Assembly (NCBI GenBank): GCA_036559685.1
Contig: DATBSV010000348.1
Location: 1-46,922, forward strand
Source: Casimicrobiaceae bacterium
GTDB taxonomy: Bacteria > Pseudomonadota > Gammaproteobacteria > Burkholderiales > Casimicrobiaceae
Direction of reading: 5' to 3'
Length of the DNA stretch: 46,922 bases
Positions 35,549 to 44,139 of the stretch are shown here, piece after piece. Position 1 is the first letter of the stretch. Each line of letters begins with the position of its first letter. The notes under the pieces were generated by a model. It saw nothing but the letters and a program-made list of their open reading frames with translations, ran no database searches and was not told where the DNA came from. Both the position numbers and the translations under genes were made by a program.

Positions 35549-36978
35549 GCGGGGACGTCCGCGCGGGCGACGAGCGCGGCGAACAGAACCTCGGCGTCGG
35601 CGGCGAAGGCGGGCCGGTCGAAGCACGGATCGAAGGCAGCGACCCTGCCCTCGAAGTTTGTGTAGTGACCGCGCCGCTCGGTCTGGGTGCTGATCGGGAT
35701 GAACACGTCGGCGTCGCGGTGCGCCGCGGTCGCGTAGGCGTCGAGGCAGACGACGCGGGCCCCCGACGGCGCGTGCGCGAGGTCGAAGCCTTCGCCCCAC
35801 ACGACGACGAGGTCGGTGCCGGCGCGGAACGTCCCGTCCCACGACGGGAAGCGCGCCTTCGCCGCGGCGTTGTTGGGATTTTTGTCGGCGCGAATCAGGA
35901 AGGTGTCCTCGACGACCTCGCCGGGCTGCGGATGCCAGTCGTCCTTCACGCGGCAGTCGAGCCTCGCGCCGAACGCGCGCTCGAACGCGGCCAATTCCTC
36001 GTTGCTGCCCCAGCTCGAGACCAGCGCCGCGGGAAGCCGCGCCGCCGCCAGGAGCTCACGGGCAGCACCAATGGCGGCCTCGAGCGCCGCCGGCGCGCCC
36101 TTGACCATCGCCTCCGTCGCTCTCGGGCGCTCGAAGATCGCGGCCAGATCGCGTCCCTTGTTGCAGATCCACGGGCCGTCGGCGCCAGGCGCCCCGCGCG
36201 GCGTCACGCGCTCGATCGACGTGTTGCGCAACGCATCGAGCGCGTGAAGCTTCCAGGCCTTCTTGCGGTGCCACACGTCGACCTCGCAGCCGCGCGCGCA
36301 GCCCGGGCACACCGACGCGGTCGGCTCGAGGTACCACACGCGCGCCTTGTGCAGGAACGAGCGCGACAGGAGCGCGCCCACCGGGCAAAGGTCGACCACG
36401 TTGTCGGAATAGGCGTCGTGCTCGAACGAGCCGTCTTCCGCGGCGCGCACGAGCGAATGGTCGCCGCGCTGCTGGATCCCGAGCGCGTTCGATCCGGAGA
36501 TCTCGCGCGTGAACCGCACGCAGCGCGAGCACAGGATGCAGCGCTCGTTGTCGAGCACGATGCGCGACGACAGCGGGTGGTACTTGGTCGCGTGCACCTT
36601 GGGCTCGTGCGACGCCGACGGCTCGCCATGGAAGCGGTAGTGGTAGTCCTGCAGCGAGCACTCGCCCGCCTTGTCGCAGATGCCGCAGTCGACCGGGTGA
36701 TTGAGCAGCGTGAGCTCGAGCATCGACTTGCGGTGCTCGCGCACGAGCTCCGAATCGGTCAGCACGCGCAGGCCCTCGGTCGCGGGCATGTTGCACGCGA
36801 TCTCGACCCAGCTGCGCCCTTCGACCTGCACGACGCAGACGCGGCAGCTGCCGGCGATCGAGAGCGCCGGGTGGTAGCAGAAGTACGGAAGGTCGACGCC
36901 GTGCTCGAGCGCCGCCGCGAGCACGGTCTGCCCGTCCTTCGCCGCGATCGCGCGCCCGTCTACGAAGATCTGCGGCAT
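35545..36978 (-). CDS. nuoG: NADH-quinone oxidoreductase subunit G (short form, 477 aa)
   Basis: From ATG 36978. N1b FCYH..GSCRVC..AC, N5 HPVDCGIC..GEC, N4 CILCSRC..CPVGAL and N7 CPGCARGC..C. Confidence 0.9.
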   Translation of the reverse strand: MPQIFVDGRAIAAKDGQTVLAAALEHGVDLPYFCYHPALSIAGSCRVCVVQVEGRSWVEIACNMPATEGLRVLTDSELVREHRKSMLELTLLNHPVDCGICDKAGECSLQDYHYRFHGEPSASHEPKVHATKYHPLSSRIVLDNERCILCSRCVRFTREISGSNALGIQQRGDHSLVRAAEDGSFEHDAYSDNVVDLCPVGALLSRSFLHKARVWYLEPTASVCPGCARGCEVDVWHRKKAWKLHALDALRNTSIERVTPRGAPGADGPWICNKGRDLAAIFERPRATEAMVKGAPAALEAAIGAARELLAAARLPAALVSSWGSNEELAAFERAFGARLDCRVKDDWHPQPGEVVEDTFLIRADKNPNNAAAKARFPSWDGTFRAGTDLVVVWGEGFDLAHAPSGARVVCLDAYATAAHRDADVFIPISTQTERRGHYTNFEGRVAAFDPCFDRPAFAADAEVLFAALVARADVPA

Positions 36979-38270
36979 TCGAGGTTCCCGTCGTGGCGCG
37001 AGCGCTTGTGCTCGATCCAGTGGTCGAACTCGTCGCGGTACTTGGCGAGGATGCCGACCGTCGCGTACCCGGCGGCGTCGCCCATGCCGCAGATCGTCGT
37101 GCCGTCGTTCATCCGCGCGATCCGGACCATCTGGTCGAGGTCCTCGGGACGGCCGTCGCCGGCGACGATGCGATCGATGATCCGGTGCAGCCACCCCATG
37201 CCCTCGCGGCAGGGCGTGCACTGGCCGCACGACTCGTGGTGGTAGAAGCGCAGCATGACCTGCAGCAGCCGGACCATGCAGGTGCCTTCGGCGACGACGA
37301 TCATGCCGCCCGACCCCATCGACGAGCCGGCGCCCTCGACCGACTCGTTGTCGAGGGTGAGATCCGCGATGTCGGCCGCAGTCAGGACCTTGGTCGAGAT
37401 GCCGCCGGGGATCACGCATTTGAGCGCGCGGCCCTCGAGCATGCCGCCGCAGTCCTCGTCGATGAACCGGCGCCACGGATAGCCGATCTCGATCTCGTAG
37501 ACGCCGGGCTTGGCGACATGGCCGGAGACCGAGATCAGGCGCGTGCCCGGGTTCTTCGCGGTGCCGTGCTCGCGGAACGCCTTGGCGCCGTCGCGCACGA
37601 TCGCAACGATGTTCGCCAGCGTCTCGACGTTGTTGACGACCGTCGGGCGCTGGTAGAGGCCCTTCACGGTCAACCGCGGCGGGCGGTTGCGCGGGTAGCC
37701 GCGCTTGCCCTCGAGCGAGGTGAGGAGCCCCGACGCCTCGCCGCACACGTACGACCCGGCGCCGCGATGCGCGACGACGTCGCACGCGAAGCCGGTGCCG
37801 AACAGCGGCGCGTCGAGCAGCCCCGCGGCGCGCGCCTCGTCGATGGCGCCGGCGAGGCGGCGGTAGGGCAGGTCGAACTCGCCGCGGATGTACACGAACG
37901 CATGGCGCACCTCGATCGCGTACGCCGCGATCAGCATCGACTCGAGGAGCAGGTGCGGCGCGTTCTCGAGGATCCAGCGGTCCTTGAACGTGCCGGGCTC
38001 GCCCTCGTCGGCGTTGGCGCACAGGTAGTGGGGCTGGCCGTCGCTCAGGTTGATGACTCCCCACTTGCGGCCCGCCGGGAACGCGGCGCCGCCGCGTCCC
38101 TGGATGCCCGACGCCGTGACTTCCTTGGTGACGTCGCCGGACTTCATCGTGCGCACGACGTTCTCGATCGTGCGGTAGCCGCCGCGTGCGCGGTACGCGT
38201 CGAGCGTGTGCGACGTCGGCGTGACGTCGAACGTCATCAGCAGCTTGCGGGCGAGCGTCGCCTGGGTCAT
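36960..38270 (-). CDS. nuoF: NADH-quinone oxidoreductase subunit F
   Basis: From ATG 38270. GRGGAAFPAG.KW, NADEGEPGTFKDR, YVCGE, NNVET and ESCGQCTPCREG. Confidence 0.94.
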   Translation of the reverse strand: MTQATLARKLLMTFDVTPTSHTLDAYRARGGYRTIENVVRTMKSGDVTKEVTASGIQGRGGAAFPAGRKWGVINLSDGQPHYLCANADEGEPGTFKDRWILENAPHLLLESMLIAAYAIEVRHAFVYIRGEFDLPYRRLAGAIDEARAAGLLDAPLFGTGFACDVVAHRGAGSYVCGEASGLLTSLEGKRGYPRNRPPRLTVKGLYQRPTVVNNVETLANIVAIVRDGAKAFREHGTAKNPGTRLISVSGHVAKPGVYEIEIGYPWRRFIDEDCGGMLEGRALKCVIPGGISTKVLTAADIADLTLDNESVEGAGSSMGSGGMIVVAEGTCMVRLLQVMLRFYHHESCGQCTPCREGMGWLHRIIDRIVAGDGRPEDLDQMVRIARMNDGTTICGMGDAAGYATVGILAKYRDEFDHWIEHKRSRHDGNLECRRSS

Positions 38271-38743
38271 GCGAGCTTCCCGAGGAACGCGTCGAGTGCC
38301 TCGATGCTGACGTTCTCGTGGTAGGCCTCGTTCACCATCACGACCGGCGCCGTCCCGCACGAGCCCAGGCACTCGACGGTCGACAGCGTGTAGCTCCCGT
38401 CCGGCGTCGTCTCGCCTTCCGCGATCCCGAGCCGCTGCGACAGGCCCACGAGCAGTCGCTCGGCGCCGCGCATCGAGCACGACACGTTGCGGCAGACCTT
38501 GAGGTGCCAGCGGCCGACGCCCGCGCGCCGGAACTGCGAATAGAACGACAGGACCTCCTCGATCTGCACGCGCGGCACCGACAGCTCGCGCGCGAGCGCC
38601 TCGATGTCGGCGTCCGCCACGAACCCGCGCAGCTCCTGGAGGCGGCGCAGGAGCGGCAGCACGAGCGAGGACTCGAACCCCGGCGGGTAGCGGCGGCGCA
38701 GCGCCTCGACGTCGTCGTGCGGAAACGCGCCGTCAGCGATCAC
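38267..38743 (-). CDS. nuoE: NADH-quinone oxidoreductase subunit E
   Basis: VC.NVSC..RG and ECLGSC..AP. Confidence 0.92.
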   Translation of the reverse strand: MIADGAFPHDDVEALRRRYPPGFESSLVLPLLRRLQELRGFVADADIEALARELSVPRVQIEEVLSFYSQFRRAGVGRWHLKVCRNVSCSMRGAERLLVGLSQRLGIAEGETTPDGSYTLSTVECLGSCGTAPVVMVNEAYHENVSIEALDAFLGKLA

Positions 38744-39950
38744 ATTCGCCCCCGATCATGTTCACCGAGCCGAACGTCGGGATGATGTCCGCGAGCTGGT
38801 AGCCCTCGAGGAGACGGTGCAGGCCCCCCATGTGAACGAAGCTCGGGCTGCGCACGTGGACCTTGTGCGGCGTCCCGCTGCCGTCGCTCACGAGGTAGAA
38901 CCCGAGCTCGCCGTTGGGAGCCTCGTGCGCGACGTAGACTTCGCCGGCGGGCACCTGCGGCCCGTCGATCACCAGCTTGAAGTGGTTGATCAGCGACTCG
39001 ATCTCGCGGTAGACGAGGCGCTTGTCGGGGAACGTGCAGCGGCGGTCGTCGACGCAGATCGGGCCGCCGGGCAGCCTTCGCGCGAGCTGGCGGATCATGT
39101 GCACCGACTCGTCCATCTCGCGCATGCGCACGTAGTAGCGGTCGTAGTTGTCGCCATTGATTCCGACCGGAACGTCGAAGTCGAGCTCGCCGTAGGCGAG
39201 GTACGGCGCGTCCTTGCGCAGGTCGCGCGGCGCGCCGGTCGAGCGCAGGATCGGCCCGGTGAATCCCCAATGGATAGCTTCCGCGGTGCTGATTGTGCCG
39301 ATGTCGCGCGTGCGGTCGATGAAGATGCGGTTGCGGTCCACGAGGCCGTGCACCCGGCCGGTGAACTCCTCGTAGTCGACCAGGATCGCGTCGAGGCGCG
39401 CGAGCCATCCGTCCGGCAGGTCCTGCGCGAGCCCGCCGATGCGGCCGTAGCTGTAGGTCACGCGCGCGCCCGTGAGCGCGGCGAGATGCTCGTAGATGTG
39501 GTCGCGCAACATCACGAGGTACAGGAACGCGGTCATCGCGCCGAGCTCCATCAGCGACGCGGCGACGCAGGTCAGGTGGTCGGCGATGCGCGAGTACTCC
39601 GACAGGAGCGTTCGCAGGTAGCGGCAGCGCGGGGTGATCTCGATGCCCATCAGCGTCTCGACCGCTTCGCAGTAGGCGAAGTCGTTGATCAGCGCCGAGC
39701 AGTAGTTGAGCCGGTCGACGTAGGGGATCAGGTTGTGCCAGGTGTGCGACTCGCACTCCTTCTCGAAACCGCGGTGCAGGTAGCCGCAGTGGACGTCGAC
39801 CTTGGCGACCTTCTCGCCGTCGAGCGCGGCGATCACCTGCAGCGTGCCGTGCGTCGCCGGGTGCGACGGGCCGATGTTGACGATGACCTCGTCCTCGAAG
39901 TCCTTGGGTCCGAACGCGGCGCGGACCGGGCTCGGCAGCGTCGTGTCCAT
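38733..39950 (-). CDS. nuoD: NADH-quinone oxidoreductase subunit D
   Basis: From ATG 39950. GPSHPATHG, GYLHRGFEK, DRLNY, EAPNGELG and GECDR. Confidence 0.94.
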   Translation of the reverse strand: MDTTLPSPVRAAFGPKDFEDEVIVNIGPSHPATHGTLQVIAALDGEKVAKVDVHCGYLHRGFEKECESHTWHNLIPYVDRLNYCSALINDFAYCEAVETLMGIEITPRCRYLRTLLSEYSRIADHLTCVAASLMELGAMTAFLYLVMLRDHIYEHLAALTGARVTYSYGRIGGLAQDLPDGWLARLDAILVDYEEFTGRVHGLVDRNRIFIDRTRDIGTISTAEAIHWGFTGPILRSTGAPRDLRKDAPYLAYGELDFDVPVGINGDNYDRYYVRMREMDESVHMIRQLARRLPGGPICVDDRRCTFPDKRLVYREIESLINHFKLVIDGPQVPAGEVYVAHEAPNGELGFYLVSDGSGTPHKVHVRSPSFVHMGGLHRLLEGYQLADIIPTFGSVNMIGGECDR

Positions 39951-39952
39951 TG

Positions 39953-40423
39953 CTAGTCCCGGCTCCGGTAGCGGACGAGCGGCTGCTCGTGGTCCTTCGC
40001 GTAGTCCTTGCGCAGCGGGTGACCGACGAAGCCCTCGTAGAGCAGGATCGGCCGCAGGTCGGGGTTGCCGCGGAACACGATCCCGTACATGTCGTGGCAC
40101 TCGCGCTCGAGGAAGCCGGCGGACCCGAAGGACGCGACCAGCGAATCGATGCGCGGATCGTCCTCGGGTACGCGCGACTTGAGCCGCACGCGCACGTGCG
40201 CGGTGGTCGAGTAGAGGTGGTGGACGACGTCGAAGCGCGGCGTCCGGCCCGGCCAGTCGACTGCGGTGACGTCGAGCAGGAGGTCGAAGCCGAACTGCGC
40301 CTTCAGCCGATCCACGACGGCGCGAAGGTCGCCCGTCGCGATGTCCAGCGCGAAGGTGCCGTGCGACACCGCCCCTTGCGGGTACGCCTCGCGCAGGGAC
40401 GGGAGGATCGCCGCACCCGCCAT
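39953..40423 (-). CDS. nuoC: NADH-quinone oxidoreductase subunit C
   Basis: From ATG 40423. DVTAVDW and ERECHDMYGI.F...PDLRPIL...GHPLRKDY. Confidence 0.93.
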   Translation of the reverse strand: MAGAAILPSLREAYPQGAVSHGTFALDIATGDLRAVVDRLKAQFGFDLLLDVTAVDWPGRTPRFDVVHHLYSTTAHVRVRLKSRVPEDDPRIDSLVASFGSAGFLERECHDMYGIVFRGNPDLRPILLYEGFVGHPLRKDYAKDHEQPLVRYRSRD

Positions 40424-40425
40424 GG

Positions 40426-40956
40426 TCAGAAGCGCTCGTTCAGGATAGGGTGGCGCTGGCGCGCGATCCGATCCTGCAGCTGCATGATGCCGTCGATGAC
40501 CGTCTCCGGCCGCGGCGGGCACCCGGGAACGTAGACGTCGACGGGGATGATCCGGTCGATGCCGAGGAGCGTCGCGTAGTTCTGGTAGAAGCCGCCGCTG
40601 GTCGCGCACGCGCCGAACGCCATCACCCACTTCGGCTCGCACATCTGCTCGTAGACCTTGAGCAGGATCGGCGCCTGTTTGTGCGTCACCGTTCCGACCA
40701 CCATGAGCAGGTCGGACTGGCGCGGCGAGAAGCGTGGCAGCGCCGCGCCGAACCGGTCGGTGTCGTAGGGCGTGGAGCTCACCGCCATGAACTCCATCGC
40801 GCAACACGCCGTCACGAACGGGTAAGGGAACAATGAGAACTTGCGCGCCCAGCCGACCAGCTCGTCCTTCTTCGTCGACAGGTACTCGAACGCCGCGTGC
40901 GGCCGCCGCCGCGCGCCGTCTGCGCCTACCACCTCGATCGGGATCGTCGTCGCCAC
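40426..40956 (-). CDS. nuoB: NADH-quinone oxidoreductase subunit B
   Basis: From GTG 40956. TACCAME, SPRQSD, GACA.SGG and VDVYVPGCPPRPE. Confidence 0.94.
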   Translation of the reverse strand: MATTIPIEVVGADGARRRPHAAFEYLSTKKDELVGWARKFSLFPYPFVTACCAMEFMAVSSTPYDTDRFGAALPRFSPRQSDLLMVVGTVTHKQAPILLKVYEQMCEPKWVMAFGACATSGGFYQNYATLLGIDRIIPVDVYVPGCPPRPETVIDGIMQLQDRIARQRHPILNERF

Positions 40957-40961
40957 GGCGC

Positions 40962-41339
40962 TTACTCGGTCACCGCTTCGACGAGGCGCTGCTTGTAGAC
41001 GTAGAGCAGGATCAGGACGAGGAGCGCGACGAACAGGAAGAACGTGAACACCATGAAGCCGGTCAGCGGTTGTGCGCCCAGCGCCCAAACGAACAGGAAC
41101 ACGGTCTCGAGGTCGAACAGCAGGAACGCGATGGCGACCGCGTAGTACTTGATCTGCACGGGCCGCACGTTGACCGGGTCGATCGGGACGGCGCCGCACT
41201 CGAACGGCTCGCGCTTGACGGCCGAGGCGACCGGCTTGGGCCCCAGCACGCGGTTCAGGAACAGCGTGAACCCGACGAAGCCCAGGATCGCGGCGAGATA
41301 CAGCACGAACACGACGTAGGGGTTGGTCGCAGTGGCCAT
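40962..41339 (-). CDS. nuoA: NADH-quinone oxidoreductase subunit A
   Basis: K..PFECG and YY.VAI.FLLFDLE. Confidence 0.93.
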   Translation of the reverse strand: MATATNPYVVFVLYLAAILGFVGFTLFLNRVLGPKPVASAVKREPFECGAVPIDPVNVRPVQIKYYAVAIAFLLFDLETVFLFVWALGAQPLTGFMVFTFFLFVALLVLILLYVYKQRLVEAVTE

Positions 41340-41402
41340 GGACGCGGAATCACCGGCAGCGGGTCGTGCGAGCTACCGTATTCGCCCGGCGCGGCGGACC
41401 CA

Positions 41403-41416
41403 TTGACCTGGATCAA
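41403..41416. promoter_or_regulatory. FNR box upstream of nuoA
   Basis: TTGAC-CTGG-ATCAA; minus-strand -10-like TACGGT at 41380-41375 fits -41.5 spacing. Confidence 0.8.
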
Positions 41417-41474
41417 CGGCCGATCCCGGCGGAGCGGGCCGACGGCCCGGACAGGCGCCCGGCGCAGGGATTGC

Positions 41475-41963
41475 CTAGTAGCGGCCGTGCTGCTTGTAGA
41501 CGTAGTTCGACAGCTCGACCGCCTGGTCGGACAGCCGGCGCTGCGTCTCGTGCACGACGCGGATGATCCCGCGCATCACGTGGTAGACGACCGCGGGGTG
41601 GGTGGCGAGCAGCGACTCGAGGCGCTCGCGCGCGAGCCCGAGCACGCGCGCGCCGCCCAGCGCCACCAGCGAGCTGTGATAGCGCGTCCCGTCGACGAAC
41701 CCCATCTCGCCGGCGAGGGCGCCGGGAGCGAGCGTCGCCACGACGAGTCGCGCGTCGGAATCGTGGTACTTGACGACGCCGACGAGCCCCGAGGCGACGA
41801 CGTAGAGGCGGTCGTCCGCGGTGCCTTCGCGCACGAGCACCTCGCCGTCCGCGAGCTCGCGGACGTCGACGAGCGTCGCCAGCACCAGGAGGTCGTCGTC
41901 GGCGAGGTCCGCCGCGAGCTTGCTCGCCCGAAGCGCCGCGAGCCTCGCTTCCTGCGTGGTCAT
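41475..41963 (-). CDS. Stand-alone cyclic-nucleotide-binding domain protein
   Basis: LVREG..DD.LYVV.SG, GEMGFVDG and C-terminal ELSNYVYKQHGRY; no HTH. Confidence 0.87.
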   Translation of the reverse strand: MTTQEARLAALRASKLAADLADDDLLVLATLVDVRELADGEVLVREGTADDRLYVVASGLVGVVKYHDSDARLVVATLAPGALAGEMGFVDGTRYHSSLVALGGARVLGLARERLESLLATHPAVVYHVMRGIIRVVHETQRRLSDQAVELSNYVYKQHGRY

Positions 41964-41997
41964 GGCGCCGACTCTACGCGCGCCCGATCCGGCGCGA

Positions 41998-42011
41998 TTG
42001 ACTCAGGTCAA
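41998..42011. promoter_or_regulatory. FNR box upstream of the cNMP-binding gene
   Basis: TTGAC-TCAG-GTCAA; minus-strand -10 TAGAGT at 41976-41971. Confidence 0.8.
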
Positions 42012-42144
42012 CGTCGGTCGATCGGCCGAAGCGGTGCGGCGAGGTACGCTGTTCGGCAAACAAACGGCCCATCGGGGCAACGGGCCGCGACCGGGTGCGG
42101 TGCAGAATTCGCTCGATGCTGGCCGTTCTCGCCAAGAGGTCGTC

Positions 42145-44139
42145 ATGAAAAGCATGCGTAACCTTCGTCGCGGCGTCGCCGCGGTCGCTTTCCTCGTGGG
42201 CGGCGCCGCGCACGCCGACGGCGTCGGCTGGTTCACGAACGACCAGGTGAACGCCGGGCGCTGGGCCTACGAGCAGCGCTGCGCCGTCTGCCACGGCCAG
42301 AACCTCGAAGGTGGCGGCGCGCCGGCGCTGCGCGGCACGCAGTTCAACGCGCAGTGGAACGGCAAGACCCTGCAGCAGTTCTATTCGTACGTTCACTCGC
42401 AGATGCCGCTCGGCGCGGCCGGCTCGCTCAAGGGCCAGGACTACGTGAACGTCGTCGCGTACATCCTGTCGCGCAGCGGCATCCCGGCCGGCACGCAGAA
42501 GCTCACGATGCGCTCGCCGATGGGACGCGTGATGGTGCTCTCGGACGCCCAGACCGCAGCGGCGCCGTCCAGCGCCCCGACGACGCCGGTGGTGATGGGC
42601 GCGCTGATCGGCACGGTCAAGGCGCCGACGACGTCGACGCCGGTACAGGCCGAGCTCGACGCCGCCGACGCGGCGACCGGCAACTGGCTCATGTACAACA
42701 AGGGCTACCGCGGCGAGCGCTACTCGACGCTGTCGCGCATCAACGCGGCCAACGCGGGCGGCATGCGCGCGGTCTGCATGTTCCAGCTGGGCGAGCTCGG
42801 CACGTTCTCGACCGGGCCGGTCGTGTACGACGGCGTCCTGTACGCGACGACGCACCTCGGCACGTACGCGATCGACGCGACGACGTGCGCGAAGCGCTGG
42901 GACTACCACCATGTCGCGGTCGGCCCCGAGATGAACGCGACCAACAAAGGCGTCGCCATCGCGGCGGGGCGCGTCGTGCGCGGCACGCAGGACGGATTCC
43001 TGTTCGCGCTCGACGCGAAGAGCGGCGACCTCCTGTGGAAGCGCCAGATCGCCGATTGGCGCATCGGCGAAGGCATCGGCGCGACGCCGACGATCTGGAA
43101 CGGGCTCGTCTACATCGCGAAGGCCGGCGGCGACTGGGGCATCCAGGGCCGCATGATGGCGTTCCGGCTCGAGGACGGCGCGCCGGCGTGGCACTTCGAC
43201 CTGATCCCCACCGGCACGCTTGCAAATGCCGACACGTGGAAGACGCCGGGGAGCACCGAGCACGGCGGCGGCGCGTCGTGGGTCGCGTACGCGCTCGATC
43301 GCGACACCGGAACGATCTTCGTTCCGGTGGGCAACCCGGGTCCGGATTACCAGAAGGCGATGCGCGAGGGCGCGAACGCGTACACGATCTCGGTCGTCGC
43401 GCTCGATGCGAAGGCCGGCGCGCTCAAGTGGTGGTATCAGCTCCGCGCCAACGACGACCACGACTGGGACGCGACCAACGTGTCGTTGTTCGACGCGGGC
43501 GGCCGCAAGCTCGTCGCGACGTCGGGCAAGCAGGGGATCCTGCATGTCGTCGACCGCGCGACCGGCGCGCTCGTGTTCAAGCTGCCGGTCACGACGACGC
43601 TCAACCAGGACGTTCCGCTCACGCCCGAAGGCGTCCGCGTGTGCCCGGTCGCGGGCGTGCAGTGGAACGGCGTGGCGCACAGCCCCCGGACCGGCCTTCT
43701 GTACATCAACGCGATCGACTGGTGCTCGACGTTCAAGCTCGGGCCCGAGCCCAAATGGGAGGCCACGGTGCCTTACACCGGCCTCGCGAACGGATGGGGC
43801 ACCAACGATCCGACCGACAAGTGGAACGGGTGGATCAACGCGGTCGATCCGCGCACGGGCACGATGGCGTGGCGCGTGAAGACGCCGTCGCCGATGTACG
43901 CCGGGATCACCGCGACCGCCGGCAACGTGCTGTTCACCGGCAACCTCGAGGGTGACTTCCTCGCGCTCGACGCGCGCAACGGCAAGGAGCTCTACCGGTT
44001 CAACACCGGCGGGCCGATCGCGGGAGGCATCGTCACCTGGGAGCAGAAGGGCCGGCAGTACGTCGCCGTCGCGTCCGGCCACAGCGGCGGGTCGATCCCG
44101 CTCTCGGGCTCGACGACGATCGTCGTGTTCGGTCAGTAG
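42145..44139 (+). CDS. Exported PQQ-dependent dehydrogenase with an N-terminal c-type cytochrome domain
   Basis: Signal peptide ending AHA; CAVCH with a distal MP; PQQ propeller repeats (RYSTLSRIN, ALDAKSG.LLW, GNPGP, DHDWD, ALDARNGKELY, GRQYVAV). Confidence 0.9.
   Translation: MKSMRNLRRGVAAVAFLVGGAAHADGVGWFTNDQVNAGRWAYEQRCAVCHGQNLEGGGAPALRGTQFNAQWNGKTLQQFYSYVHSQMPLGAAGSLKGQDYVNVVAYILSRSGIPAGTQKLTMRSPMGRVMVLSDAQTAAAPSSAPTTPVVMGALIGTVKAPTTSTPVQAELDAADAATGNWLMYNKGYRGERYSTLSRINAANAGGMRAVCMFQLGELGTFSTGPVVYDGVLYATTHLGTYAIDATTCAKRWDYHHVAVGPEMNATNKGVAIAAGRVVRGTQDGFLFALDAKSGDLLWKRQIADWRIGEGIGATPTIWNGLVYIAKAGGDWGIQGRMMAFRLEDGAPAWHFDLIPTGTLANADTWKTPGSTEHGGGASWVAYALDRDTGTIFVPVGNPGPDYQKAMREGANAYTISVVALDAKAGALKWWYQLRANDDHDWDATNVSLFDAGGRKLVATSGKQGILHVVDRATGALVFKLPVTTTLNQDVPLTPEGVRVCPVAGVQWNGVAHSPRTGLLYINAIDWCSTFKLGPEPKWEATVPYTGLANGWGTNDPTDKWNGWINAVDPRTGTMAWRVKTPSPMYAGITATAGNVLFTGNLEGDFLALDARNGKELYRFNTGGPIAGGIVTWEQKGRQYVAVASGHSGGSIPLSGSTTIVVFGQ

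Noticed and set aside
28234-41339. The nuo-like operon as a group 4 hydrogenase or Mrp antiporter
   Set aside because: The NuoD subunit lacks the NiFe-binding CxxC pairs, and NuoEFG and the full A-N order are present.
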